In this document: one piece after another, positions 1-12,850 of the stretch
Layout: the number at the start of each line of letters is the position of its first letter
How positions within the stretch are numbered: position 1 is the stretch's first letter
Origin: Phoronis australis
Taxonomy: Eukaryota; Animalia; Phoronida
Direction of reading: 5' to 3'
DNA length: 64,000 bases
Assembly (NCBI GenBank): GCA_002633005.1
Contig: NMRA01000378.1
Location: 1-64,000 of the forward strand
Notes under the pieces: generated by a model
What the model was told of the DNA's origin: nothing
What the model saw: the letters and a program-made list of their open reading frames with translations, nothing else
Database searches by the model: none
Position numbers and translations under genes: made by a program

Positions 1-330
1 TTTACTTTTGAAATCACTTTTGAATATCCGTTAAAATGCGCTAAAACAGTTGTCCCTTCCTGGTTATCTCTTCCTGATGTAGGTCAATAGAGCGTAGACA
101 CGGCAAAATTTCATATTAAAACTGAATCGTGGAAAGTACAACCTTTAAAAGCAAGCACAACAATTCCTTTCAAAACAATATTTAATGTCCCGAGTATTAG
201 CGTATAAACAATAAAGATAAGATGTACAGCTTCAGTCCCGGAAAAGCAAATTATGCAAAACTCGGTCCTACCTAACACCCAGGTGAGGGCACATTGAGAG
301 CTCACGGCAACTTTTCCAATAAGATCTTAC

Positions 331-976
331 CCGAGCAATCAGAGGCAACCATCCTCTTTGCAAGTGCGTTAAGATGTGTGTAGTCAGGTAGAGTGATCAT
401 AAACTTAGACTTGGGTTCGCTTGCGATATCCACCAGGTGTCTGACGTGAAACAAAGAGCGAGTGGAAACCACGTACATAGCTGCGTTCATCTGTCTTAGT
501 TCATCAACCACTGCTGGAAGTTTGTCCAAATGCGCGTTAACAGGTCCATCATCTGTGACGAGAATACCAATTTTTGGAACGTTTGGCCTGGACTTGTGAC
601 GGAAACTGTCGAGTAGCATTTGGAGCGCTTCAACTGTGTTGGTTTTTAATCTGGCTATTCTCTCTGCACTCTTGTACAGCCAATTTAAGGCAAGCAGTAC
701 ACTGTTCTTGTCGGAAGACAAAGACAACACTTCGAGAGGAGCACTGTTGTAGATGATGACTCCAGTACGGTATTCCGTCGAACTGATAGCAAGTTTATCC
801 ACGACGTCCATGGCAAACTGCATTGTGTGGCGAACATTACTCGGTCCTATGCTGGACGATATGTCAAGAACAAATACCAAGTCAGCCCTCTGAAAGCATG
901 ACAGCTGTTGACCGAAAATAATATCACCAGTCCATATGGATAAGGTGGTAAATATTACCAATACTGTGTTGGCCAT
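331..976 (-). CDS. Secreted von Willebrand factor A (VWA) domain protein, first coding exon; gene continues past the left edge
   Basis: ATG at 976 gives a signal-peptide-like MANTVLVIFTTLSIWTGDIIFG. It is followed by ADLVFVLDISSSIG (MIDAS DxSxS), TNTVEAL, RPNVPKIGILVTDDG and LVDIASEP. A phase-1 donor G|GTAAGA follows ...SDCS at 331/330, so the ORF tail to 302 is probably intron read-through. Confidence 0.85.
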
Positions 977-2103
977 CTTTGAGTCAAAGTACAATAACGC
1001 CGACCTAAATTAGTGCAAGCCAACGCTATCTCACATTAAACCCACTATCTATATTTCGAGTCGTGTAATCGTCATTTGTAGGGGCCCCGCCTTTGAGACC
1101 CAGTTTGCTCCGCTAAATAACGGGCATCAAATTTCTCAAAATCCGGGAACCATGATTATCGCCTCGAACTGTGTCAATCTAAGGTCGCTTTACGTACAGA
1201 AACCTGCCGGGGTCCGGGGTCTTATCTCCAGACTCGCACAGCTAGTCAAATTGCTTTCGACACTTAGTTGTACTTTAATACAGTCAAAACAAGACTCCGT
1301 ATCAGCGTGATGCACTACAAGATTGCAACTATTTTTCGGGGTACAAACTCGCGCTTTTGAGTAAGACTCGGTATAGTGGTTTCGATGCTGCGGTTATAAA
1401 GTGTAAACTAGGACTAGACATCAACCACAAAACTATGAACACTGGTCGTGAGTTCGAAACAGCAGAGAATAAATAGTTTGCAATTGGTGTTTGAAAATCA
1501 AATCACAGGTCCTGACACGTTTACTTGGTAACGTTTCACTATTACTCCGGAGTCTTACGCCGTCGGTTACACAAGGAAAGTTGGTTCTGCCAATATTTCC
1601 ATTAGATGACGGTAACCACGGCAGGTAAAAACTACTGTGAAGACAAAATGCTACATTACTGGTATTTAATATTAACGTTTACCCCGTCTCCCTGTCCCTC
1701 TCTGTATCCCTACGTCTTCCCCCCTCCCCGTCTGTCATTTACTTGAGGACAACTATAGCAGGCTATGTATATCAAGAGGCATTTGCACCAACGAACAAAT
1801 TTCAAAATGGAAAAGTGCAAGTTCAAGGAAAATTATATTGGAATTCCAATCAGTTAAACAGATGCCAGCACACGAAATACAACAAAACATGTTAACTGTG
1901 TGCTTACAATATCACAAGTGAATAATGAAACAAACCAACATCAATAAATAAAAATTCGAAAAACCTGACAAATATTACAAACTCAGCATTACAAATGCCA
2001 GACAGTCTTATTTTTCTTTCACACACGTGTCCGAGGGATCACACGTGTGAACAAACTAGCATACTCTGCTGCTTATGGAATATCTGTACTAAGAGCATTA
2101 ACT

Positions 2104-3279
2104 TCAACCTTTCTTCCAAATCCACACAGGCTGCGGCAGCCTCTTTTTATGGGCCAGATAGCCAATTACACCTTTGTTCTGAGCATTCGGAAACTTGTCG
2201 ACATCGTTAACCATGCGGAGGGTATAGTCCGGCTTGCCCTTGATGTCATTTATAACTACACAACAGTAACCACCAGGTTGGAGGTACGACCAGGCTTTCT
2301 TCAAAGAAAACAACAAGAATTCATTGTACCATTTCTCTAGACTGCCCAGTTTGTGTGACTGTGTCTCTTCGTCACAATAAACCTCCAAGTCGAAATAGGG
2401 CGGGCTAGTAAAGATTAGGTCGTATTTTACACTAGGTATCAATGCTTTCTCAAAGGGGGCTTTAATCATGCAGAACCGGGGCAACGGCGGTGATGTTTCG
2501 GTAAACAAATCTTTTCGATTTTTGTACGGCAGCAAAGGTAAAAAGGTTTTGATCATTTTGTCGTAATTCGGGTGTAAGGCACTGTACGGATCAACACCGC
2601 AATAAAACTCAACGTCCGCTGCCATTGCACCAATCAGGCGATCACCCCATCCTGCGCACATGTCGAGCACGCGCGTGCGGTTGAGTTCCCGTATGAACTC
2701 TACCATAAGGGTTGGCCGGAAGGAGGTTGCTTCACCAGTGGCCTTCAGTTCATAGACACTTTCTCGGAGTTCATAGGGAGTTAAATTAAGGAGGTCATCG
2801 GGACCACTCAAACAAACGTCTTTGTCTGTAAGCAAGTCACGTAAACCACACGAGTGTTTCGTATATCTACTCCTATGTGGGTCGTTCTTTTTAGCTCGAT
2901 TAAGTGCATGTGTCAAAACCTTTTCTGGGTGGCTGAGCCAAAAATCATATGGGGAAGATTCGGCGTCATATCGTTTCGCTCGGACACGTGCTTCCTCTTG
3001 AAAGTAGTCGCTGATAACGTCATATTTAAAGTAGTCTTCTGATTTGCACTTCAGAACAAGAGGCGCAGTGTGACCTTGGTTGTCATGAAATACAAGATCA
3101 CGAGACGACACTTGCGGCAAATGAGCAATGGTGAACGGCTTGGTAGATACTGTGAAATGGTACAGTTTTAAATCTTCGAAGCTTGCTTTTACTTCATCAA
3201 TGCTGATAAAATACCGTTTGTAAGGAAATTCTAATTTCTTCTCTCTAATCAGCCGAACGATTTCTTCCATTACAATCAT
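2104..3279 (-). CDS. SPPY-motif amino-methyltransferase (N4-cytosine/N6-adenine DNA MTase-like, prokaryote/giant-virus type)
   Basis: Intact 391-aa ORF with SAM-binding motif I RVLDMCAGWGDRLIGA, motif II YCGVDP, catalytic motif IV YDLIFTSPPYF and AWSYLQPGG. Candidate 5'UTR intron 3293-3395 (AAG|GTAAAA...TTTCAG|). Confidence 0.85.
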   Translation of the reverse strand: MIVMEEIVRLIREKKLEFPYKRYFISIDEVKASFEDLKLYHFTVSTKPFTIAHLPQVSSRDLVFHDNQGHTAPLVLKCKSEDYFKYDVISDYFQEEARVRAKRYDAESSPYDFWLSHPEKVLTHALNRAKKNDPHRSRYTKHSCGLRDLLTDKDVCLSGPDDLLNLTPYELRESVYELKATGEATSFRPTLMVEFIRELNRTRVLDMCAGWGDRLIGAMAADVEFYCGVDPYSALHPNYDKMIKTFLPLLPYKNRKDLFTETSPPLPRFCMIKAPFEKALIPSVKYDLIFTSPPYFDLEVYCDEETQSHKLGSLEKWYNEFLLFSLKKAWSYLQPGGYCCVVINDIKGKPDYTLRMVNDVDKFPNAQNKGVIGYLAHKKRLPQPVWIWKKG

Positions 3280-5017
3280 GGTCGCTCATAATCTGAAACA
3301 GAAATTATGAAATAAGCCAAGTGGATTAACGGAAAGATTGGCACATGCACAAACGTTGATAAGATTTTACAACTCGGACATCTCAAGCGTTTTACCTTAA
3401 ATGCGAGCAGTCACCATAATATAAGCAATTAACTAGGTCTTCGAGCAGCATACAACTGGATGCCTTATTTATGTGCAAAGTGCACGTGAATGCGGATCAT
3501 GTGCACGCGTTTTGAGCGCCCAACTTGTTTCGCGCGATACGGCAGATGAATGCTATATTCAATGTCTGCCTTTATAACATTTATCTGCTACAAATACCGA
3601 AAGTACGCTCTGCACGTGCACGAAATCAGCCTCGCCAATCTCGTATTCACACGGATCGTTAACTCAAAAAGCGCTGTATTATTGCACGTCTGGGAGGAAC
3701 GGGGATAGCATGTATTAGCCGATCAGACAACCTAATGAATGACAACGTGATGAGTGCTAAAATAAATATTTCCCACAAGTTACGCTCTTAAGTTGAAACG
3801 AGGTCAGACCACACGTGAAATGTAAAGGATTGTCACAAACTCTTTGATTGCTACACACTACAGTATTAATTTTTGTACCGCATTTCCAAATACCGATATT
3901 TTTGTAAGAAACAAAGGGGAGTTTTAATAACGCATGGTTTGCCGTGAATTGATTTTGATCGCCCGAGGCGGCACTATGCAGGGTTAGGTACCTTTGAGCA
4001 TATAAATTCTGGGGCATTCATATTTTGATGGAAAGTGATTACTTGTTTGGGAAAATAAAATACGTTCCAGACTAGGGGACTTGAAATTTAATGTTTTCCG
4101 TGATTATATAATAAGACTGGACTGGAGATTGTCAGCACTGAAGTTTTGGGATGTTGGGCCGTTTCCGAAGATTGACTTTTCATAGGAAAATCAAAACACA
4201 TAAAACAACGCAAGTTTTTCTCGGACTATGTTAACAATGGGAATCGAGATTTACATAATCTTGTTGCATTAGTTTAAATATTTTAATATTTCTTGGGCTT
4301 TCAAGTTTCCTCAGTTACGCATGGTTATAAGCTTCAAGATATACATGTATGACGTACAAGTACAGATGCCGAATCAGATAATGACACCTCCAGAAAATTA
4401 CAATTCTCAAAGCACACGCTACTAACTTCGCATGCGCACACCCAACCTTTAATATGGGGGGGGGGGGGNAAAAAAAAGGGGTACCACCTTCACTGTGCGT
4501 CTACGCCTGTTTAGTGGACTTTTGTCTCGTTTTCTCGGACTTTTTGTTTCTCTGAGGCGGACCTTTTTGCCCACTTCGCCAAATGGGGGGCTCGTTCGAG
4601 CCCCGAGCTTCCCTGGGTGCACTTTTAAGCCGATTCCACTAAACGTTTATAACTGCCTAACAGCATATTGAACAAAAGCACCAGTGGAATATGTATCTAT
4701 TCCACAAAGTGTCTAAGCACTTCACTGATTAGTAAAGTAGCATCATATGGGTATATTCATATGTTCTAATTTTAAAATGTGCAATACATATTTTCCAATG
4801 AAGCAGAGCGCATGTGATACTGTTAGATTGGCGCACAGATGCATTTGCTCGGATCTTTCTCAACTCGGTTCACCAATGCAAGGATTCATTTTGTTTCGTA
4901 CAAGAACCAGATCAACCTGCACTGTGTATAACATCAAGTTTAGTAATTCCCAAATCCTCCGTGAACTCGCATTATCAGTTTTCTCCATCATTCCAGATTT
5001 TGCGACAATTGGATATA

Positions 5018-5771
5018 TACGCAAAACGTACCGAGAGTGGCGTTGATGAAGTAATGTACATTTAGTACATTATTCCACGTATCGACCGAGACCGAAGGTC
5101 GAGGTCCATACGAGGAATAATGTGGAGAGGGATATTACTTCATCCACGCCAATCGAGGTGCGTTTTGTATTTATCCCATACGCATCAAATCCCTAAATTT
5201 CTTTCATTTTTTCGGCAGAATTTTAAATACGGTATTTCACCCAGACTGTTCACGTGGTGGATCACATCCTATATGTATCTACTTGCGCGTTAAGTTGCAA
5301 GTTTTCTTGAGTAAACGAAACAGTTTTGAAAGTAACGATTTATTACTTGAAAAGAGAAAACAAAGATGAAAACAACGGCAACTGTGCATTGAACTTGTAA
5401 CATCTGAAAATAGTAAAATAACAACATTTCAAATTCTAGTTACCGAGGAAGCGTCGCCCGAGTTGCAGACGACATATTTAGCAATTGAAAACTGAAACAG
5501 AACTGTCACATAATAAACGGTCCTGTTGCGGATGGATTGAGATCTGATTGCATGTTTAGTGTTACTCACACTGTTGCAAATGCATAACTTTTAACTATTT
5601 TCCGAAAGTTTTGATGATTTAACCGGCTATCGACGTTGAGTCGACATTGACCTACCTTTTGAACTTTCCGTGTCAGAGGTTGCTGTTGAAGTAGTGTGGG
5701 AGGTGAATACGGAAAATATTATTACATGGCCGTATTTCCCTCTACTGGTTTAAGGCTTATGGGATAAATAT
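5018..5771. mobile_element. Palindrome-bearing non-autonomous repeat
   Basis: An imperfect ~150-bp palindrome at 5018-5170 is centred on CGAGACCGAAGGTCG. TATTTATCCCATA (5168) is inverted as TATGGGATAAATA (~5759-5771). Confidence 0.45.
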
Positions 5772-6377
5772 AGGTTATTTCATGGCGAAGTCGTTATCTC
5801 CCGAATTCTAGAGCCCGAGTGGATTTTGAAGAATTATCGTGCGACTATACAAAGGACACGCCTGCGAAATCTGAGCAAATGGGTTTGTAAGCAACACAGT
5901 TAGGTAAACTTTTTAGGAAAATACACCATTTACCGTGTGCACGTGGTTATAAACCAGCCGGGCTTAAAAATCAAAGATTTTCATAAGACCACCTACCGTA
6001 TAATCATGGTACTAACTTTTCCCCCACACCCTGGTCTTGGGAACAACTGACAGCTGGTTATTACGTGAGATCATAATGGGTTAAAGTTGGATTGTCGCGC
6101 CGTGTCATTTTACCCGTGCCAAAAGCACACAGCCTCACTCAAGAACTACCGATCAGTCGCTTCTTTCATAGCCCAGGAACCATCCAATTGAATGCGAACT
6201 TTTAGACTGAATTGTTACTTTTTCGTCTGTAACGATGACGATGTTATGTTGGTTCAGTCATTCTCCATGTCAATTGGTTTTTACTGTTTTAGTGTTTTTT
6301 TTCGTTATTAATGTAATATTATTGTAATGTCTTGCATGTGTCGTGACGTCATGCCTAGCATTTAAACACGAACTTAA

Positions 6378-7673
6378 ATGCGAAGGCAACCTTTTTCATG
6401 TCATTTTTAGCAAAAATAGTGTTCGTTAATTATCTCAGACACATTTTTCACTTATTTACAGGTTTTCGTAATTTAATTAATTACTCGTCGTCTACTCCGG
6501 AAGTGACGTTTTGGGAGGCAAGAATTTCGCGCCAATTTCTTTTCATACAGTCTGACTGTGAGAGCAGTCGAGTCAGTCATTGTTCTACCTCGGATGTGAG
6601 AAGTTCGGTCGTCGTTTGCTTTTGTTTACGAGTCAGTCAACATGCCACACTGTTTCTGCCTACCGAGATGTTCTCATTATCGTCTCAAGTACACAGGAAG
6701 AACTGTCCCACTTGCCCGAGTGTCCCGCGACACACTCCCAGTGGATGGTGACTGCTTACATCCCGCCGTGCGACTCCCTCATCACACACGTGGCACTTTC
6801 TAAATAGCTCCAATACAAGTCCACAATAAACTTATCAAACTTAGGCTCACCGATCTGTTCATTGGATGACGAACTGTCCTTTTCACTGAGTGTCAAACTT
6901 TGCCTGTATTCACTCCCACTACTCAACATCGCTGCAGAGCTCTGGGCTAGAGACAACAGCACACGGGGAATCACTGCTAGTTCCTGGAATTGCACGCTAT
7001 GGGGTACGTTCGGAGGCATGGGTGACAGTAGATGAAGTGCCTCCAGGCACTGTTTATAGTGGCCACAGCTCGCGAGGCTTCTCGCTTCAAAAACGAACTT
7101 CTCGGGGATGGCGACGGTGCACTGCCGGTAATCAACAGCGACGGTATGAAACCCTTCTTTAGGCGTTGTTTCGCAGGGACCTTCATCAATTCAGCGTACA
7201 TACATCATGTATCTCTGTCGTAATCTGACGGCTGAAAATGCCTGCCACTGCTTTGTACGTTGCGTGGACGGGTAGCGCTGCGTTCTTCACACAAATGAGC
7301 TAGCCAAGTACGGCAAAGTGTGTCATCCTTCGGAAAGCGATGCAAGGTACCCAAAGCGCGTCTGAGACGATAATGAGTACATCCTGGTACGCAGCAACAG
7401 CATGGCATGTTAACTGACTCGTAAACAAAAGCAAACGACGACCGAACTTATCACATCCGAGGTAGAACAATGACCGACTTGACAGCTCTCACAGTCTGAC
7501 TGTATGAAAAGAAATTGGCGCGAAATTCTTGCCTCCCAAAACGTCACTTCCGGAGTAGAGGACGAGAAATTAATTAAATTACGAAAAGCTTTAATTAAGT
7601 GAAAAATGTGTCTGGGATAATCAACAGACCGTATTTTTGCTAAAAGTGACATGAAAAAAGGTTGCCTTCACCT
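6378..7673 (-). mobile_element. Non-autonomous Kolobok-like DNA transposon with degenerate THAP ORF (copy 1)
   Basis: TTAA flanks at 6374-6377 and 7674-7677, termini A(T/G)GCGAAGGCAACC...GGTTGCCTTCACCT, TIRs of ~270-300 bp. A frameshifted THAP starts at 7408 (MPCCCCVPGC...HRFPKD...W...RHF...LKKGFIPSL). Near-identical to 28168-29491 in opposite orientation. Confidence 0.85.
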
Positions 7674-8663
7674 TTAAGTGTTTCTAAAGGAACAACCCTA
7701 TTTCCATCAGCAGTTTTTCATAAAAAAACTCGCTCGGTGCGCTCTTTGTGAGTGATTGTGACTGCAAATGTGTTCTGAAACCCACGAATGAATTATAATG
7801 CAATCAAATTATAATGGAAGCCGGACCAGGTCCCAGGGAAGCCATGTGAGTGGTACTACCAACTGTGCAGTATGTTTTTCGCGCTGGGTGAAGAGGAACT
7901 AAAAGCAGTGATTGGATTGTGTGCAAACAAATTTCTGGACAATCCCAATCTATTGCTTTGGTAAAGCATTGGCCAGATGGATTTTATGGAACTGGAATTC
8001 CGCAAGTAGCGTTGTAAAAGATCACCGCATCCGCAAGGTTCAGCTGGTAACTAGATAAACCAACCTGCACAGTTGGTAAGTACACTGTAGAAACACAACT
8101 TGTAAAGTTACAAAATGATCAAGAACATCCTTGTTTTTGTGGTTAGACTTCGGGTACATTACTTGTTTAATGACAGGCATTGTGTTCGACATCACAAAGC
8201 CTAGACCGCGCTCAAATTTCCCGATCGGGGGGGTGCGAGTTAATCGATGTCGGCGAGCAGAGTTTACCTCAACAATTCGACAAGTATAAATTATAATACA
8301 CGACACGACAATGTTCTTTAATTGTTACATACAAAGCATGTACATGGTAGTACGATCGATTAGTTAAGAAGCGCATACATGTACATGCACTGTCTGCGGC
8401 CGGACTGAGAAATTCATTGGCGAAATGAACCGAACTTCGGCGGTTCTCAGACGTTCTTTCCAATTTCTAGAAAACAAGCAGTCACGAACTAAAAAAAATA
8501 AACCACAAATTGAATGTAGCAATATGGGTTCTGCATAGTCAGTTGTTTGATGTTATATATGAGTGTGCAAAACGATTAGGCCAGGTGATGCATTTTTCGA
8601 TTTGTGCCACGAGTGAATTATGCGACACAGTCAGGACCATAGACATCACACAGACCAGCCTCC

Positions 8664-8804
8664 CGTTCAGTAGCGCTAGGACCTCGCTAAAAAGCAAGAC
8701 TTCGCGAGATTACGTGAGATATTGCCGTGTATTTTAAATGAGAACACGTGACTTTGACTAGGTTTGATCTAGGTCCTAGCGTAGGTCCTAGCGTCTACTG
8801 AACG
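8664..8804. mobile_element. Small MITE-like inverted repeat
   Basis: CGTTCAGTAGCGCTAGGACCT and AGGTCCTAGCGTCTACTGAACG form inverted ends about 140 bp apart. Confidence 0.45.
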
Positions 8805-9685
8805 CACGCCGGACGCGCGCCACTCAGATACATGTAACTCGCGTTGCCAATATGACGCCATATTCAGTTGGAGAGTGCTACACAGGACAAAAATGACGGA
8901 AAACACTGGGAGCCCTACGGCATCAGTCAGGAAATGCGGGGGCTCGCAGTGTTATGCCTGCAGCCAAAACGTAATGTTTTTTGGTCCTGCCGTTGAGTCA
9001 TGGGTTTTTTGGTTCGGCCATGGAGTTTAGTGGTGCTGCAACTAGGTTTTTATGTTCTGCCACCATAGTTTAAGCGGAGCGACTATATGCGTTGTTTCCA
9101 CATCAGTCTTGGTGATTGAGACCATATAAGTTCAATTAAAAAGATAATTATTGACCACCATATGCTGTTATCCAATGATGATGCTGTTATCCAGTGATAA
9201 CGTAGTTTGCTAATTATATTTAAGTAAATAATTTGGTATTAATGACAATCATATGTATTTTTACTTATACTGAAAAATAACATCCCGAATTTACTCGCCA
9301 GCCATCGAAATCAGTGAACAATGTACTCTCTATTCAAATATAGACTGATTTAAAAACTTATTTCTTAATATGTATTCCAAAATCAGATGTTTTCTGTTGT
9401 ATCAAAACAAACACATCCCTGCGAAATCTGTACTTGTGTCGAAGTTCATATTAGAAATTTTGTAGATTTGCTTACGAGCTCTCTGTTTTGTGACGAAAAC
9501 TTGGGCAAATAGGCTAAGTAAAGCGCACAGTTACCGAAATATCAAACCTGTACGACTGAATTGCGCATCCAACCTGTACCCAAAATACAGAATTTCCCAC
9601 TCGAAACCGAATGGAATATACCCAACCGAGCCGAGGTAGCATTTATTATGACAATCTATTCCGTCCGAACGTACCAACGTACTTG

Positions 9686-9728
9686 GTTTGACCAATGAGC
9701 TATACCTGGTATAGCTCATTGGTTTGAC
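9686..9728. mobile_element. 29-bp hairpin with 7-bp direct repeats, probable P-superfamily excision footprint
   Basis: GTTTGAC|CAATGAGCTATACC-T-GGTATAGCTCATTG|GTTTGAC: CA...TG termini, perfect 14-bp arms and a 7-bp TSD. Confidence 0.6.
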
Positions 9729-11955
9729 AATACATGCGATCGGTTATAAGCCTGGTAATTTATCTGCATGTTGTCCTACCAGACAAAAGAGTATGCTGGG
9801 CAGTTTACAAAGGAGCTAGATGTTAACACACGCTCACAACAGCTGTACTGAAAGGGAGAACGCCCTAATGAATTTCAAAATCCTGTCACTTATTTATATG
9901 ACCCCAATGAGGTCTTTTTTCAAAGCAGTTCACATCAAATTTAGAACCCCTTAAAAGCGACCCGGATCATATTTTAATTTAATTGTTCAACACTCAGTGA
10001 AAAGGCTTATTGCGGCACCACGAAAGTATGTCCTGAGTGAGTGGCACGTCTCCTAGTCCTGGATACAATGTATTTGCACCGAGCGACACGAATTAAATGA
10101 TAAATTTGCGCGATCTCAGTGGTTTCTCTTGAAAAAAACGAAACTCAGGCTAATTTTGCTGCTTTTGCCTGCCCTCTAGCGTGGGAAGAAAGAACTGGAT
10201 GTTCTGTTACAGAATGGATCTGGTCAAGGTAAATAGACGCAAAATGAATCGCATTTTGTGGTATGCTGCGTTAAACCGGGTTAAAGGATCGGGCATTAAA
10301 ATAATAAAACTAATTAATTTATAAACCGGAATTAATCCGTTTTAGGATTCTAAACATGAATTCAATTATTAAAGTCCAAGAAGCACACGTTGTTAGCCCT
10401 TATTACATGGTTAGAGGACGTTATAAGGATCCAAGAAGTACCTACCCCATAATTAACTAATACACAATCCGTAATCGAATACAGTTTAAATAAACGAGTC
10501 ACTCACGATTCGGACCCGAAGAACACACCGCCATTTTGAACTTACCGCGAACCCGGAAGTACAATTCATTCAGGAACCCCGGCTGTACTACGCCGTCTGT
10601 GCGACCGAAGTGTCTGTTACCAGCCTGCAAACGGGAATAAAATAATCGACAGCGCGCCTTAACGTTAATAAAATCAAACACGGATAATTGTATCGAAATT
10701 GCTGACGAAATGTGGCGAATAAATTTTGACAGAAATTATTTTGCCGGACTCGGGGCTTGCAACCGATCGGACCCCGTGCGGACCGAGACCAGACACTGTC
10801 GAACGGTAAAGGCATGCGGTTGCTAGCTGTTTTGTTGAAGTAAATGTTCAAATCATAAATGCCGTATACATACAAAGGTAGTTTCAGACACTTGCTTAAA
10901 AGTACGGGCTGGTTAGTCCTGTGTCACACTGCCGCGGCAGCCCTTAAGTTAGGTTAGCTAGCCAGCTACCAGTATGAAGATCGACTATCGTCGTAATATA
11001 CAGCTTTGCGCCAAGGCTACCCTTAGGCCTACGTGGTCCCTGGCCACAGCGCTCGCTCAAACGAGGCTTATTTAGAGCTTGGGGTCTTCTGGCGAACTGT
11101 GCAAAGTTGTTGACTTTCAAGAGAGATTTGCCCAGACTTTGAATGAGCGCACCAAGCCTACTAAATAATGGGGGACTCCATTTTTTGAGAATGTGTACCT
11201 TTTACAGTAAGATTCACTGGGTGTGTTCAGAGCTATGAATTGCAGACGCCAAATTTTGGTACTTCCCGTCTTCTAGTGGACTCTTGTCTCGTTTTCTACT
11301 TTTTCGGAGTTCTTGCTTCTCTGAATGAGGCAGACCCATTTCCATTTCTCCAAATAGGGGGCTCGTTCGAGCACATAAGTATGACAAGCCCAATACAAAA
11401 TGTTATCATTCTTATTTATTAAGCAGTGAGTACGAAGGAAGTGACCGTACAACTGAACCACGTCGATAATTGTAATTTGAGTGGAGGTTGCAATCTCAAT
11501 GGCAGAATTGCAAAAAAAAACACGAAAGGAAAGACTTCTAGTGAACTTCGTTTTCAACTGTTTGATGTTTTTTTAATATATTTATTAATTTATTGAAATA
11601 ATAGTAAACCCAAGGCATCAAGAAATGTTGCCTGAAGATGCTAGTTTCTTTTTTGTAGTCAACGTTTGTCAAAATGTATCAATGTGAAATTTTCAAAAAT
11701 TACAAAGTATCCGGTTGAACATGCCTTTCAGCTCAGCCAAACTCGCCATGTTGTCGGTGCCGGCAGAAATGAGACCAAGTCCAACGGGAATTGACCTATC
11801 GCCGGGATTATGACGGACGGATTAATTGACCAATCAGAACGCAGCATCCTTGGCACACCTTCGTCTGCGTTTCCAAGCCGCCATTTTACCCGACAAACCG
11901 CACGTAGTCGAGTAAACTTACTTTAGTCTATAGCTCAAGAAATTGTCCGCTAAGA

Positions 11956-12130
11956 ATGGGGAAACGGTGTTGATATGACGTGTGTAGCCCCGACAGCCGT
12001 TATGCTGCTCCAGAATAATATCCCGTCATTTTTTGGCTTGCCCTAAGTCGAAAAATGATGTTGAAAATCGTAAACTATGGATCAAACTGCCTGTACGGCC
12101 ACACGAGCAGCTGAACTTAGCGATGTTGCT
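11956..12130 (+). pseudogene. Degenerate THAP-type zinc finger from a DNA transposon
   Basis: MGKRC*YDVCSPDSRY then, after a frameshift, CPKSKNDVENRKLWIK..RPHEQLN. This matches the transposon THAP N-terminal pattern C-x4-C...FPK...W but has stops and frameshifts. Confidence 0.6.
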
Positions 12131-12850
12131 TGATAACTCGAAGGCTATAATAAACACAAATATATTAGTTCCTAGATACGCACTTTTCAGCTCGGTGGCT
12201 ATGGTGCAGGGCTATCTCAGATTTTGACTCCCGAGTTGGCTACGTCTGGCCGCCTTTGTCTCGGCACCTGCTGGATCTCAGCACTCTAGCGGTAGTCCCC
12301 GGAAATTGTTGTTTTTGAGGACATTTTTATTTTATTTTTTTATTTATTTCAACCTAATGGACATTATTTTGTTTCGTATCAGAGGTACATTTTTGTTATT
12401 CATAAACCGTAAGCTGGCGTTCAACTGAACTTATCTCCCGGTCAAAATTCCGAGATTCGATCGGCACAGAGAAGGGCACTGGATTACTGCCGGAACCCAA
12501 AGCCTTGGTCGAGCTGTTGTCACTAAAAATAAACTGTTGAATTACTTTTTGAGGTGTACCTCTAGCATACACTATGTCTGTAGAGTTAGAGAGAGCTCAT
12601 TTTGGTGTGGTTCAAACATGATATTTAGATTTATGAAGCTTTAAAAAAGAATTTGAGTTATTTTTGTAAATACCCTGTTTTTGCAACTACCACACCAGAC
12701 TTGTAATCTTTTGTAACCATACTACGACTTAGTGATCATGCTACCTTCAAAATTAAATGAAAGCTATCTTTATGGAATGAAACTACAAAAAATGCCAAGT
12801 TCGTACGAAGGTAGGCCTAATTTAAATGTCTTTAATGGTGCAAACGGTTC

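Noticed and set aside
2104-3279. Bacterial contamination or a restriction-modification operon
   Set aside because: No partner nuclease or operon structure; flanked by intron-containing animal genes and animal transposons, with similar base composition.
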